A stretch of 64,000 nucleotides of DNA from an uncultured Nitrososphaerota archaeon (GCA_963838925.1 CAWISW010000003.1:192001-256000); one strand, 5' to 3'; numbered from the stretch's first letter, positions 44,988-55,200 are shown. Notes: generated by a model not told the origin, from the letters alone. Numbers and translations are program-made.

Positions 44988-46007
44988 CTATCTCCTTCTG
45001 CTCCCGAACCTTCCGGCGCTGACCTCCTTCACGAGTTCTTCCGTCCTAATCCTCTTGCCCGTATGCTTCAGGAACACGTCGTCCAAGCTGGGCGTTGAAA
45101 TGTTGATTGATACGAGTTCTGTGTCGGTCCTGTCGAAGGCCCTGACGAGCTCTGGCACGAAGAGCCCGCCGTTCTTCACATAGAGCGTCAGTCCCTCTTC
45201 GGTATCCACGACGTTCATCACTTCGGGTATCTTCGAAAGGATTGCTTTGGCCGCGGCCTTTGTAGCGGCCCTTTCGCCGGCACCGGTCCTGTTCCGCACC
45301 GTGATGGTGATTGCGTCGGCACCAATCTCCTTCTTCAGGCCCACCGGCGATCCCTCGGCGACAATCTTGCCCGCGTCCACTATGCACAGGCGTTGGCATA
45401 GACGGTCAGCCTCTTCCAAATACTGGGTTGTTAGGAAAATCGTGATTCCTTCCTTCTTGTTCAGCTCTTCCAGATAGTCCCAAACAGTCGCACGCGACTG
45501 CGGGTCAAGCCCTGTCGTCGGCTCGTCCAAGAAAAGCACCTTTGGCTTGTGGACTAGTGTGGAGGCTAGGTCTAGCCTCTTCTTCATTCCACCGGAGTAA
45601 CGGCCGGCCCGTTTGTCGGCTGCGTCCTTCAACCCTACCACCTCGAGAAGATAGTCGACCCTTTCTTCTAGCTCCTTGCCTCTCATCTGTTGCAGGTGCC
45701 CCTCCAAGATCATGTTCTCCCTGCCGGTGAGCTCGGGGTCGACCGAGGTCTCCTGGCTCTGGACGCCGATGAGCTTCCTGATCTCCTTGGGGTTCTTGTC
45801 AAGGTCGTATCCTGCGATGGATACCGTCCCGGAGGTCTTCCTCAGGAGAGTGGTGAGAATTTTGATTGTCGTGCTCTTCCCGGCCCCGTTCGGGCCTAGG
45901 AATCCAAAGAACTCGCCCTCGTTCACGCTGAAGGACACGCCGTCGACTGCCTTGGTCCCATCGGCATAGACCTCGACGAGGTCGTTGACAGCGATGATGT
46001 CCGACAT
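44988..46007 (-). CDS. ABC ATP-binding protein (DrrA-like)
   Basis: GPNGAGKST, YSGGMKKR, FLDEPTTGLDPQSR, TTQY. Confidence 0.95.
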   Translation of the reverse strand: MSDIIAVNDLVEVYADGTKAVDGVSFSVNEGEFFGFLGPNGAGKSTTIKILTTLLRKTSGTVSIAGYDLDKNPKEIRKLIGVQSQETSVDPELTGRENMILEGHLQQMRGKELEERVDYLLEVVGLKDAADKRAGRYSGGMKKRLDLASTLVHKPKVLFLDEPTTGLDPQSRATVWDYLEELNKKEGITIFLTTQYLEEADRLCQRLCIVDAGKIVAEGSPVGLKKEIGADAITITVRNRTGAGERAATKAAAKAILSKIPEVMNVVDTEEGLTLYVKNGGLFVPELVRAFDRTDTELVSINISTPSLDDVFLKHTGKRIRTEELVKEVSAGRFGSRRR

Positions 46008-46044
46008 GGCCCTCTCAGAGAGGCGTTCGGGGAGGTTTTATAAG

Positions 46045-46062
46045 AATATCGAATACGATATT
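46045..46062. promoter_or_regulatory. Palindromic operator (likely PadR) between divergent promoters
   Basis: aatatcg-aata-cgatatt, beside TTATAA (46038-46043) and upstream of ttaaata (~46099). Confidence 0.65.
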
Positions 46063-46131
46063 GGTATCAAACGCAATACATTGTAGTATTTAGACGACTT
46101 AAATAGACCCGCCCCTCTCTAAAGACTCACC

Positions 46132-46692
46132 GTGCCCGAGGCCGTAGCGAGGAAGTGGATACATCCGCAAGCGGTTCCTCGGGGCATTCTTCGGCTTTAC
46201 ATCTTGTCCATGCTGTCCAAGACGCCGCAGACCGGCTACTCCATAATGCGGACGATCGAAGACAAGACGGAGGGAGCATGGAGGCCGGGGCCTGGCACGG
46301 TGTACCCCTTGTTGAGGAGCCTGGTCAAAGAAGACCTGCTGGAGAAGGCGGATTCTGCTGATGCGGGCGCCACAGTGAAGTACTCGGTGACCAAGAAAGG
46401 AAAGCAGGAGCTGGAGGAGATGCAGCGGACTCTGGCTTCGGCGGGGAAGAGAGAACGGGTCATGATTCGTCTCTTCGCGGACTTGCTGCCTGCAGAGGTG
46501 TGGGCCTCTGCCTTCGTCAACCGTGGGAGGGAGATATTCGACATCTTCCAAGAGAGAGTCGCCCATATCCCGCAGCCTCAACGCGAGGCCACACTGAGAG
46601 AGGCGCGTACGATGTTGGACTCAAACATCTCTTGGATCGATTCACAGCTTCGAGCCAAGAAGAAGCGGTCTCTCGACCGACGGCCAGTTTAG
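46132..46692 (+). CDS. PadR-family regulator
   Basis: GYSIM..WRPGPGTVYPLL..YSVTKKG. Confidence 0.92.
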   Translation: MPEAVARKWIHPQAVPRGILRLYILSMLSKTPQTGYSIMRTIEDKTEGAWRPGPGTVYPLLRSLVKEDLLEKADSADAGATVKYSVTKKGKQELEEMQRTLASAGKRERVMIRLFADLLPAEVWASAFVNRGREIFDIFQERVAHIPQPQREATLREARTMLDSNISWIDSQLRAKKKRSLDRRPV

Positions 46693-46988
46693 GCCTGCAA
46701 CTTCGATGTCTCGGTCTTGCCCAAGGCAGTGAGGCGGTACTTTCCTGCGTCTCCGAAGAATTGCACCGCGTACTCCACGAATCCAAGGGCCGTCAGCTCT
46801 CTCATGTGCGACAGCGTCCTCCATTGGGAGTTGTTCGCGAGAAGCTTGTCTAGTTGGGCGTTGGAGAGTCCTTCAGGGCTCTTCGCCAGCGCGGCGAGGA
46901 TTGTCACCAGCTCGTCTTCTTGCAAAATCGCCCGCAAGACCTTGCCCTGCTCCTTCGGGTCGGACGGCCACACCCAGATTCCCTTCAT
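46689..46988 (-). CDS. Small wHTH protein
   Basis: GLSNAQLDKLL..ELTALGFVE..YRLTALG. Confidence 0.7.
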   Translation of the reverse strand: MKGIWVWPSDPKEQGKVLRAILQEDELVTILAALAKSPEGLSNAQLDKLLANNSQWRTLSHMRELTALGFVEYAVQFFGDAGKYRLTALGKTETSKLQA

Positions 46989-47102
46989 TGGGCCAAGCCC
47001 TGCCGGCCGGCTTGATAAGGGAAGCGAGGGATTGAATCCGTTTCACGATTGAATCAACTGTTTTTCGTCTGACTGGAGAAAAGGAATTCTGCTGTAACGT
47101 GA

Positions 47103-47366
47103 GTGGTCTTTATGGAAGTAATAACCGAATACGTGGATCACCGAGCCGAGCTAGAAGAGCGGATTCGTTCGCTGGAATCTGAGCAGACGAGCCTCCTGAC
47201 CGAGATCGCGAGCCTCAAAGAGAAGCTCACGACACTCGAGCTTGAGAGGCATGCCACCTCTCTCTCCAACGAGGTCGAGGCCTTGAGGACAGAGAAGGCC
47301 GTGTTGGAAGAGAAGGTCGCTACGTACTCCAGCCCGATCGCGCCGAACGAAAGCTACCAAGTCTAA
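47103..47366 (+). CDS. Small coiled-coil protein
   Basis: Continuous heptad pattern. Confidence 0.7.
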   Translation: MVFMEVITEYVDHRAELEERIRSLESEQTSLLTEIASLKEKLTTLELERHATSLSNEVEALRTEKAVLEEKVATYSSPIAPNESYQV

Positions 47367-47383
47367 CTAGCTACCAAGCGTAG

Positions 47384-47809
47384 CTACCGGAACTTGGTCG
47401 CCTTCTCCTCTAGCTCTCCCTTCTCTTTTCTTAGATACGCGACGTGCTTCTCCAGCGCGTCCAGCTTTGCCTCCAGGACCCTTGTGTCTGTCTCCTTCCT
47501 GCTTCGCTCGAGGCTCTTCTGAAGATCCGCATACTCTTTGTCCATCACCTGGATTCGCTTCTCCAGGTCCTGGTTGGTCTTCTTCAGGCCCTTGATGTCG
47601 GCCTGAATCTTGGCCATCTGGTCGTCTGCAACGACGAGATAATGTTGCCTGCTAACGACGGTAGGGAACTTCGTGCCGCACTTGTCACAGCTGTACATCC
47701 CCACCTTCCTCTGGGTCAGGCCGCGTTCGCCCTCCTTGGGCTCGACAATCACTGTGAAGAGCTTCGCGGGGGCCGCTATCGCAGTTCCGCAGTTGGGGCA
47801 TGAAGGCAA
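47384..47809 (-). CDS. Zn-ribbon (Cren7-like) plus coiled-coil protein
   Basis: CPNCG..PAKLF..VGMYSCDKCGTKF followed by heptads. Confidence 0.7.
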   Translation of the reverse strand: MPSCPNCGTAIAAPAKLFTVIVEPKEGERGLTQRKVGMYSCDKCGTKFPTVVSRQHYLVVADDQMAKIQADIKGLKKTNQDLEKRIQVMDKEYADLQKSLERSRKETDTRVLEAKLDALEKHVAYLRKEKGELEEKATKFR

Positions 47810-47850
47810 GCGCTAGCGTCAGCATGCAGATTCGTAACGTTAAATCTTTG

Positions 47851-48141
47851 CTACTCGCGGATAGACTCGAGGTCTGAAACCGCCGACCACAGGATGACCC
47901 TGGCGAAGGACGACATGTTGGGGTCCTGCGCCACCTCGTCGAGCATGCTGATCGCGTTGGCCGCCCTCACCGCGAGGCTTACTTTCTGGTCCTGAAGCGC
48001 GGTTATCGAGTCCTTCACAATCTTCCTTATGTTGCGCGGGGTGATGTTCGAGTCAGCAATCTGCTGAAGGCTGGCGCTGGCCTTGACTAGCTTGCCGTCG
48101 TTCGCTTGCTGCTTCTTCTCCTTGTTTGCTTTGGTGCTCAT
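47851..48141 (-). CDS. UPF0147 family protein
   Basis: PRNIRK..VRAANAISMLDEVAQDPNM..R..W..VS.LE. Confidence 0.9.
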   Translation of the reverse strand: MSTKANKEKKQQANDGKLVKASASLQQIADSNITPRNIRKIVKDSITALQDQKVSLAVRAANAISMLDEVAQDPNMSSFARVILWSAVSDLESIRE

Positions 48142-48255
48142 GATTGTATCCGGGGACTGGGCGGGGAGTTCCCTGTGCCTTCCACCCCTGCATATTTGGT
48201 TTTCTATGGTTTGCTAGATGGTTTATAACTCCGGGAGAGTCCAAATCCTATCTAA

Positions 48256-48597
48256 TTGAGCACGGCCGCCGCCAAGACGAAGACCACGGTCGAACTGATG
48301 AGAAGGGGAGCAGTGATGATGAAGGAGCCGTGCCCGGAGTGCAACGGCGTGCAGCTGAGATACAAAGGGAGGGTCTACTGCACGAACCACGACGACCTCA
48401 CCGTGGCGCTTCAGGCCAAGGAGATTCTGTTCCCGGACGTCGCCGAGGATTTGAAGAACCTGCTGCTGGTCAAGCTGAAGGAATCTATGTCCCTCCTAGA
48501 AAACGAGCGGGACGCTGAGAAGCTCGACAGACTGGTCGCCTTGATGACCAGATACGTCGAACTGCTTCGGAAGCTGGAGCCGACTCAAAGAGCTTAA
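48256..48597 (+). CDS. UPF0148 / autoantigen p27-like Zn-ribbon protein
   Basis: ELMRRGAVMMKEPCPECN..GRVYC. Confidence 0.85.
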   Translation: MSTAAAKTKTTVELMRRGAVMMKEPCPECNGVQLRYKGRVYCTNHDDLTVALQAKEILFPDVAEDLKNLLLVKLKESMSLLENERDAEKLDRLVALMTRYVELLRKLEPTQRA

Positions 48598-48624
48598 ATC
48601 GGGAAACCACGCGGTTCGTGCTGG

Positions 48625-49098
48625 ATGGTCCTGAGGATAGGCCAAAGGGTGCCCGAGTTTTCTCTTCCTGACGCCAACAAGCAGGAGAGGAAGCTATCGG
48701 AGTTCACGCAAAAGGGAAAGACCGTGTTGCTCTTCTTCCCGTTCGCGTTCTCCGGCGTCTGCGACAAGGAGATGTGTGTCTTTAGGGACGGCTCGACCAA
48801 GCTAGCCTCTTTCAACGCACAGGTGGTGGGGATCAGCGTGGACAGCGTCTTCACGCTCAAGGTGTTCGCGCAGACGTACAACCTTCAGTTCCCGCTGCTG
48901 AGTGACTTCAACAAGAAGGTCTCAAGGGCCTACGGTGTGTTACAAGAGACGTGGGTAGGCTTCGGCTACAAGGGCGTCGCCAAGCGCGCGGCCTTCGTCT
49001 TGGACGGCAAGGGCATCCTCAGATACAAGTGGGTGACGGACGCCCCCTCGAACGAGCCGCCCTATGACGAGGTCATTTCGGCCCTGGGCAAGCTCTGA
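48625..49098 (+). CDS. Peroxiredoxin (AhpC/TSA)
   Basis: FFPFAFSGVCDKE, GISVDS, LLSD. Confidence 0.92.
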   Translation: MVLRIGQRVPEFSLPDANKQERKLSEFTQKGKTVLLFFPFAFSGVCDKEMCVFRDGSTKLASFNAQVVGISVDSVFTLKVFAQTYNLQFPLLSDFNKKVSRAYGVLQETWVGFGYKGVAKRAAFVLDGKGILRYKWVTDAPSNEPPYDEVISALGKL

Positions 49099-49150
49099 AG
49101 AAGGCGCCCTCGGTCTCTTTTTATAGGAGTTAAGGGTCGGAGGCACTAGA

Positions 49151-49513
49151 ATGTCGTCCGAGGCAACGAAGATGATCAAACCGGTGGTGGACATCACCGA
49201 GAACGCTGCCTCAGAACTGGTAGGGTACCTAGCCAAACAGGGCAAACCGACAGCAGGACTGAGGGTGTTTGTCTCCGCAGGTGGATGCTCAGGCCTATCT
49301 TACGGGATGGTCCCTGAGGAGAAGTCTGGCGAAGACGACTACGTCATAGTTCAGCACGGGGCGAAGCTCATAGTCGACAAGTCAAGTATGCCGTTCATCG
49401 CGGGGTCGGTCATCGACTTCCAGTCCGACAAATTGATGGGCGGAGGCTTCGTGGTTAAGAACCCCAACGCGGTCTCCACGTGCGGCTGCGGCGAGTCCTT
49501 CAAGACAGAGTAG
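49151..49513 (+). CDS. iscA: HesB/IscA Fe-S assembly protein
   Basis: GGCSG and CGCGESF. Confidence 0.93.
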   Translation: MSSEATKMIKPVVDITENAASELVGYLAKQGKPTAGLRVFVSAGGCSGLSYGMVPEEKSGEDDYVIVQHGAKLIVDKSSMPFIAGSVIDFQSDKLMGGGFVVKNPNAVSTCGCGESFKTE

Positions 49514-49559
49514 AGCGGATACTTCAAACCTATATTGGGTTGCAAGCCCAGCGGAGGCC

Positions 49560-49742
49560 GCCGGGGTGGCGGAGTCTGGTTAACGCGCGGGCAATTCGCT
49601 CCTCTCCGGGAGGAGTGGGCGAATCCGCATCTCGAGATCATCCGACTTGACAGCCCGTGACCTAACGGTCATGTGGGTTCAAATCGAGTGGGGAAAGGAA
49701 AACGGAGGGCTTCCTCCACTGGTGGAAATCCCACCCCCGGCG
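49560..49742 (+). tRNA. tRNA-Ser(CGA) with three introns (31/32: 49593-49630; 37/38: 49637-49651; 59/60: 49684-49728)
   Basis: 85-nt type II cloverleaf after removal; BHB motifs at introns 1 and 3 are strict. Confidence 0.88.
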
Positions 49743-49743
49743 C

Positions 49744-50538
49744 TCAAACCTTGTTGTACTTGGGGTGCCAGCTTCTCGTCTTGTCGTCCAGCTCCGTGTA
49801 CTCGAAGTCTTGGTAAATCAGAGGGAACTTTTCCTTCATCATCCTGGCGACCTTGTCGAAGACGAACCTTATCTCGACTTCGGCTGCCTCCGCGGTCCGC
49901 ATGGTGATGACGTGACGTATGGTCCTGTGGTTCGCGCTCCAGACAATCGAGGTGGCCATCCCGTCGGGCATGATTCTTCTCAGCGCCGAGGTAATCTTCT
50001 TCTTCAGGTCGAAGTTCATCTTGTCCCAACCATACGAGCCTTCTAGGTCGCGGTAGTTCTGCTCCATCTGCTCGACGATTGATTTCACTTCCTTCTTCTT
50101 GTCCTGGAGCTCTGGGGGGAGCCAGAAGCGCAGCTGTGTTGGCCTGACGTACCTGAGCGACTCTTGGCTGATTGCAACCCCGACCCTGTGCCGAACCAGC
50201 TCGTGCGTGAAGACCCGGCTCACGTTGAGGAAGGCAAACGTGCATGTGGCGTGCTCGAAAATGGAGCCGTCGCCCTTTGACAGGGTATTGTCGATGTAAT
50301 CGCGTGAGCTTTCCCTTATCTTGGTGACGTTCGGGTTCAGGCCCACGCCGAAGCTCTTGTAGCAAATCCTTCCCGCCACCTCGGTCAGCAACTCTCCCTC
50401 CGACTTGGACGCCTCCTTGGTCCTTGCGAACCAGTTGGTGGCAGTCTCCTCGCCGACGGAGGCGAGCATGGCCTTCAACTGGTCGTAATTGACCTTGCTT
50501 TCCGCTATCAGATACACCTGAGGTTCGATGAACTCCAT
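49744..50538 (-). CDS. thyX: FAD-dependent thymidylate synthase
   Basis: SIFEH, THELVRHR..SQESLRY. Confidence 0.95.
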   Translation of the reverse strand: MEFIEPQVYLIAESKVNYDQLKAMLASVGEETATNWFARTKEASKSEGELLTEVAGRICYKSFGVGLNPNVTKIRESSRDYIDNTLSKGDGSIFEHATCTFAFLNVSRVFTHELVRHRVGVAISQESLRYVRPTQLRFWLPPELQDKKKEVKSIVEQMEQNYRDLEGSYGWDKMNFDLKKKITSALRRIMPDGMATSIVWSANHRTIRHVITMRTAEAAEVEIRFVFDKVARMMKEKFPLIYQDFEYTELDDKTRSWHPKYNKV

Positions 50539-50733
50539 GTTCTCTTTCCTGCTCTTCCCGTGCTACGCTTTGGTGTCGCTATTTAATCTGCGGGCGACGG
50601 ATCTACGCGAAGCCGAGTGAAAACGTTGTTTGCCGGTTGTTTTCGCGCTCGTGGCGGGCTACGGAGTGCGCTGGAGCCGTGGCATCGTTGCTCTAAATTA
50701 AATATGGGGTTGTGTGTTTCTGTCATCAGTAAA

Positions 50734-52074
50734 ATGCCTGTCTTCGGCACCGCGGGCGTCAGGGGGGTGTTCAACTCGACCCAGACCCCAGAACAGGTGC
50801 ACCGGCTCATCGAAACCTCGGCATTCGTATTCGGGCGTGGAAACTACGGAGTTGGATGGGACGGCAGGAAGAGTTCTATGGTCCTGGCGAGAGTGGTCGC
50901 GTCGTCTGTCGCAGGATGCGGAAGCGACGCAATCGAATTCGGGCTGGCCCCCACCCCCGTGGTGGCTTTTGGGACGCGCGAGCACGGTTGCCATCTGGGC
51001 TTCTCGGTCACGGCCTCTCATAACCCTCCTGAGTTCTCGGGAGTCAAGGTGTTCAACAAGAAGGGTATGGAGCTTTCCAGGGAGGAGGAAGGAAGGATTG
51101 AGCGGGGAATGGTGGTTGATTCGTCAAAAAGTTCGGCGGTCGCTGGATCAATCGAGTCCAGCGACGCAATTGTGTCTTACACCGATGCTCTCATCGCGAG
51201 GTTCTCGAGGGCTGAGAACCCTCTGCGAATCGTCGTAGACTGCGCGACCGGTCCGGCAGCACTAGTGACTCCTCAGGTCCTGGGAGCTCTGGGCAACAGT
51301 GTCGTCCCGCTAAACACTCAACTCTCCTGGAGGTTCTCGGCGAGGAATCCTGAACCTACGGCGGAGTCTCTGAGGGAGACCGCGGCGTTCGTGGGCGGGG
51401 TGGGGGCGGACTTGGGTCTGGCCCACGACGGCGACGGCGACAGGCTGGTGCTGATTAATTCGTCGGGCCGGGTCCTTCCAGACTACATGACGTCTGTCCT
51501 CGCACTGGAAGCCATTGGCAAGAGTTCCGGCTCGGTCATAATCTCGGAGAACAGCTCTTTCGCGGTGGAGGAGGCGGCGAGCAGCATGGGGTTGCGTGTG
51601 GTCCGCGGCAGGATAGGAAAGACGTTCGCAGAAATCGAGCGCGAAGGTGCCGTGCTTGCTACCGAGCCGACAAAGATTGTCGATCCGAGCTGGGGAATGT
51701 GGGAGGACGGCATCTACTGCGCGGCTCTGATTGCGGATGTCATTGCAAAGAGGCCGGACCTGCGGAAGGTCATTGATGGTGAGTTCGACTGGATTTACAG
51801 GCAGTTGAACCTCCCATTCTCCGTGGATATCGGAAGGGTCGCGGAACAGATTGACGAGTATTTTGGAAAATACAGAATCCTGGAAAGGCGGTCGATGGAC
51901 GGCCTACGAGTGGTATTCAAGGACAAGTCGTGGGTCATGTTCAGGCCGTCAGGCACGGAGCCCAAGACGAGGATATACTGCGAGGCCAGGGACGAACTGA
52001 GGCTTGCGGAACTGGTCGAGCTCGCGAGGGGATTGGTGGAGCGACTGGCTAGGCCCGCAATCAGCGCGCGCTGA
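50734..52074 (+). CDS. Phosphohexomutase (PMM/PGM/GlmM family)
   Basis: FGTAGVRG, TASHNP, DGDGDR, RPSGTEP. Confidence 0.93.
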   Translation: MPVFGTAGVRGVFNSTQTPEQVHRLIETSAFVFGRGNYGVGWDGRKSSMVLARVVASSVAGCGSDAIEFGLAPTPVVAFGTREHGCHLGFSVTASHNPPEFSGVKVFNKKGMELSREEEGRIERGMVVDSSKSSAVAGSIESSDAIVSYTDALIARFSRAENPLRIVVDCATGPAALVTPQVLGALGNSVVPLNTQLSWRFSARNPEPTAESLRETAAFVGGVGADLGLAHDGDGDRLVLINSSGRVLPDYMTSVLALEAIGKSSGSVIISENSSFAVEEAASSMGLRVVRGRIGKTFAEIEREGAVLATEPTKIVDPSWGMWEDGIYCAALIADVIAKRPDLRKVIDGEFDWIYRQLNLPFSVDIGRVAEQIDEYFGKYRILERRSMDGLRVVFKDKSWVMFRPSGTEPKTRIYCEARDELRLAELVELARGLVERLARPAISAR

Positions 52075-52080
52075 TGCCAC

Positions 52081-53571
52081 ATGGTGACGGGAGAGATGTC
52101 GCTTGCGGTTTCTAGGGCGCTTTCTCAGGGCTACCAGATAGACCCGGACGCTTTCTCGGTTCTTTCGGAGTTGTCGGCGAACGGGGAAGTCGAACCCATT
52201 CTAAAGTCGGTCATCGGGAAGAAGGAACTGGTGAAGGCGGAGCGGGTGATTCTGAGGTCTGACCTAGAGGAATTCGTCCCGAGAGAGGAAACAAAGAGAA
52301 GGGTCGCGATTGACTCCGGTGATTTGGCTGCTGAGCTGGTAGTCCTCAGCGACCCGACACGAAGCATCGCACCGGTCGAAGCAGAGGACGGGTTCAAGAG
52401 GCTCTTTCAAGACAGGTACTCGCACCTTCTAGAGATAGCCAAGCAGAGGCCGGACTCGAAGAACATCACGTCCATAGCGTCTGGGAAGGAAGTGAGGGAC
52501 AGGGAGTACAAGATTGCTGGCCTTGTCTCGTCGAGGAACAGCAAGAAGGGCGGAGGGGTGGAACTGGTCTTGGACGATCCGTCAGGGAGCGCCAGGCTGT
52601 ATTGCGGAGATGAAGTCGCCGGGTCGGCGTTGGCGTTGCCGCTCGACAGCCTTGTGGTGGCGGAGGTATCCCCAGGGAAGGGTGGCGGGCAGCTGTATGC
52701 GAGAGGCCTCGTGCTGCCGGACATTCCGACAAAGAAAGTGATAGGCTCTCCGCGAAGGGTGTATGCCGTGATGCTCTCTGACCTGCACATCGGGAGCAAA
52801 ATGTTTCTCGCTGACGACTTCAGCCGTTTCTTGGCGTGGCTGAACGGTAAGCTTGGCGACCTCGACATAGTCGAGCGGATAAGATATGTGATTTTGGCCG
52901 GGGACGTCGTGGACGGCATCGGCGTGTATCCGGGCCAAGAGTTCCAACTCTCAGAGAGGAACTTGAGGCGGCAATACTTGGTGGCTAGGGAGTTCCTGCA
53001 GCATGTACCGAAGCACATGAAGTTGTTGATAGTGCCGGGAAACCACGACCCGGTCAGGCAGGCACTCCCCCAACCGGCCGTATCGGCCGACGTCTGCGGG
53101 CCTTTGTACGACCTGCAGAACGCCGTGCATCTAGGCGGCCCGGCGAACGTGAAATTGGACGGCGTGAACTTCCTGATTTACCATGGGCGGAGCTTGGACG
53201 ACGTGATTGCAACAGTGCCCGACCTGACTTATGACAGGCCCGTTGAGGCCATGGAGGTGCTGTTGAAGGCCAGGCACTTGGCTCCCACATACGGGAAGCG
53301 GACGGCGTTGTCCCCCGAACTCCGGGACATGCTGGTCATAGACCCGGTGCCTGACGTGTTCCATGCTGGTCATGTTCACACTCTGGATGTTGGGAGCTAT
53401 CGGGGCACGCTCGTGGTGAACTCGGGGACGTTCCAGGGCCAGACGCCCTTCCAAGCGAACATGGGTCTGGATCCCATTTCTTCCATCGTGCCGATTGTGA
53501 ACCTGTCGACTTTGGAAGTAATCAAGAGGAACTTCACGAAGATGAGCTTCGGTGAGCTACAGCAGCCCTAG
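52081..53571 (+). CDS. polB: DNA polymerase D small subunit DP1
   Basis: SDLHIGS, GDVVDGIGVYPGQ, GNHD, YHG, RHLAPTYG, GHVH. Confidence 0.95.
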   Translation: MVTGEMSLAVSRALSQGYQIDPDAFSVLSELSANGEVEPILKSVIGKKELVKAERVILRSDLEEFVPREETKRRVAIDSGDLAAELVVLSDPTRSIAPVEAEDGFKRLFQDRYSHLLEIAKQRPDSKNITSIASGKEVRDREYKIAGLVSSRNSKKGGGVELVLDDPSGSARLYCGDEVAGSALALPLDSLVVAEVSPGKGGGQLYARGLVLPDIPTKKVIGSPRRVYAVMLSDLHIGSKMFLADDFSRFLAWLNGKLGDLDIVERIRYVILAGDVVDGIGVYPGQEFQLSERNLRRQYLVAREFLQHVPKHMKLLIVPGNHDPVRQALPQPAVSADVCGPLYDLQNAVHLGGPANVKLDGVNFLIYHGRSLDDVIATVPDLTYDRPVEAMEVLLKARHLAPTYGKRTALSPELRDMLVIDPVPDVFHAGHVHTLDVGSYRGTLVVNSGTFQGQTPFQANMGLDPISSIVPIVNLSTLEVIKRNFTKMSFGELQQP

Positions 53572-54750
53572 GAGCTGGGAGTCTTCGGTCAGGACCTTGC
53601 TCAGCATGCCGTTCTGAATCAGAAGCCTGATTCTCTTTGTCCTCCCTCTCCTTCCTTTGCTGACGACGGCGGCCTCGAGCAGGCCCAGCAGGTCTAGCTC
53701 CGCAAGTATCCCGCTCACCCTGCGCTGCGTCAGCGCCTCGATGCCAATTCTGCGTGCGAGGCCCTCATAGGCCATGTAGAGGTCGCCCGTGTTCGTCCCG
53801 TCGGGAAATCGCGAGGCCGTCAGGAGCACGAGTTTGTTCTGGATGGGGAGGGAGCGGAGCGCATCTTCAATCCGGTTGCTTTCGACCCGCTCGGAGGCTT
53901 TTCGGATGCAGTCCTCGGTTACCTTGTGTATGCCTTCTCTTTCGGCAATCTCCCCTGCGACGCGGAGAAGGTCGACGGCGCGCCTAGCGTCGCCATGCTC
54001 GGATCCCGCCAAAGCCGCACAGAGGTTGAGGACCGAATCAGGCACGACGCCGGGCTTGAACGCGAGTTTTGAGCGCACAGCCAAGATTGCGTGGAGTTCC
54101 TCCGTAGTGTACGGAGGAAACACTAACTCCTCCTCTCCCATGCTGCTAAGGACCCTTGGGTCTAACTCGTCTTTGAACTTCAAGTCGTTGGAGATTCCGA
54201 CGATGGTGAAAAAGCCGGGCTCCACATGCTCGCCGGCCCTTGTGAACTGGTAGAGGACGTCGTCACCGTAGGCGCTGACTAGATAGTCGATTTCATCCAG
54301 CACAAGGATGAGGTGGACCTTGTTGTCTCTAATCGCATTGAAGATTCTGTCGAGGACAGTGCCGATAGAGAGGCCTGTTCCTGGGATTCTCTTGTCTTCA
54401 GGGACGGGTAGGGACTCGGCAATCTTCGCTAAGGTCCGGTACTCGGTGCTGGAGATCCTGGTGTTGACATAGCACGTGGCTATCTGTTTCGAAGCGTCCT
54501 GGGCTTGGAGCTTCTCGACGACTAGCCGAGCTACTGCGGTCTTCCCTGTGCCTGTCTTTCCATAAAGAAGGAGGTTTGATGGTTTTGAGCCGTGCAAGGC
54601 CGGAGCTAGTATCTGCGCCACCTGCCTGATCTGTCCCTCTCTGAAAGGTAGTTTGTCTGGAACATACTCAGGGGAGAGCGCATCTCGGTTCTGGAAGAGA
54701 GCTCGTCCTTGTTTGGCTCTCCTGAAGATGTCGTCAATCGAGTCTGGCAA
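53557..54750 (-). CDS. cdc6: Orc1/Cdc6 replication initiator
   Basis: YVPDKLPFRE, GKTGTGKT, VLDEID, GDARRAVDLLR, C-terminal wHTH GRRGRT. Confidence 0.97.
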   Translation of the reverse strand: MPDSIDDIFRRAKQGRALFQNRDALSPEYVPDKLPFREGQIRQVAQILAPALHGSKPSNLLLYGKTGTGKTAVARLVVEKLQAQDASKQIATCYVNTRISSTEYRTLAKIAESLPVPEDKRIPGTGLSIGTVLDRIFNAIRDNKVHLILVLDEIDYLVSAYGDDVLYQFTRAGEHVEPGFFTIVGISNDLKFKDELDPRVLSSMGEEELVFPPYTTEELHAILAVRSKLAFKPGVVPDSVLNLCAALAGSEHGDARRAVDLLRVAGEIAEREGIHKVTEDCIRKASERVESNRIEDALRSLPIQNKLVLLTASRFPDGTNTGDLYMAYEGLARRIGIEALTQRRVSGILAELDLLGLLEAAVVSKGRRGRTKRIRLLIQNGMLSKVLTEDSQLLGLL

Positions 54751-55200
54751 GAGAGCATCAGTGGAAATAGTGGTTTAATTAAGGCCTACCCCCCTTCGTT
54801 TCCACTGGAACATAGTAAGAAGGTGAAGGTTTGTGTTTGATTATCAGAGTAAGAAGATGCTCGAGCTTGGTTGACTTTCTTTCTTATTCATACTGATTAT
54901 CTACTAAGCGCGACCCTTTGTGTATCTTCCATCTCTCATCATTCAATCCACGCACGGCATCAATCTCCAGTGGAAACGCACGGGTAGCCCCATTCTGTGA
55001 ACAACCTGTGAAGATCCATCCAAACCGCACCGTTCGTGCTTAGTTGTTCAGAACGCGCCTCATTCATCATCATTCACAGAAACAGATGTCAAACAAACCC
55101 CTTTGTTTCCACTGGAGCCACTAAACAGCATCGTACGCAATTGGTGTTTGTGAACCTAAGTGAAGCCTCCAAACCATCTCATCTAGCGGTCAAGGTTTGT
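54751..55200. other. Replication origin (oriC) with ORB elements
   Basis: GTTCCAGTGGAAACGAAGGGGGG (54789-54811, minus), CTCCAGTGGAAACGCACGGG (54965-54984, plus), CTCCAGTGGAAACAAAGGGG (55098-55117, minus), mini-ORB at ~54758; AT-richer spacer 54812-54964. Confidence 0.92.

Noticed and set aside
49714-49730. ORB-like ctccactggtggaaa
   Set aside because: It lies within the tRNA-Ser intron BHB, lacks the G-string and is isolated.
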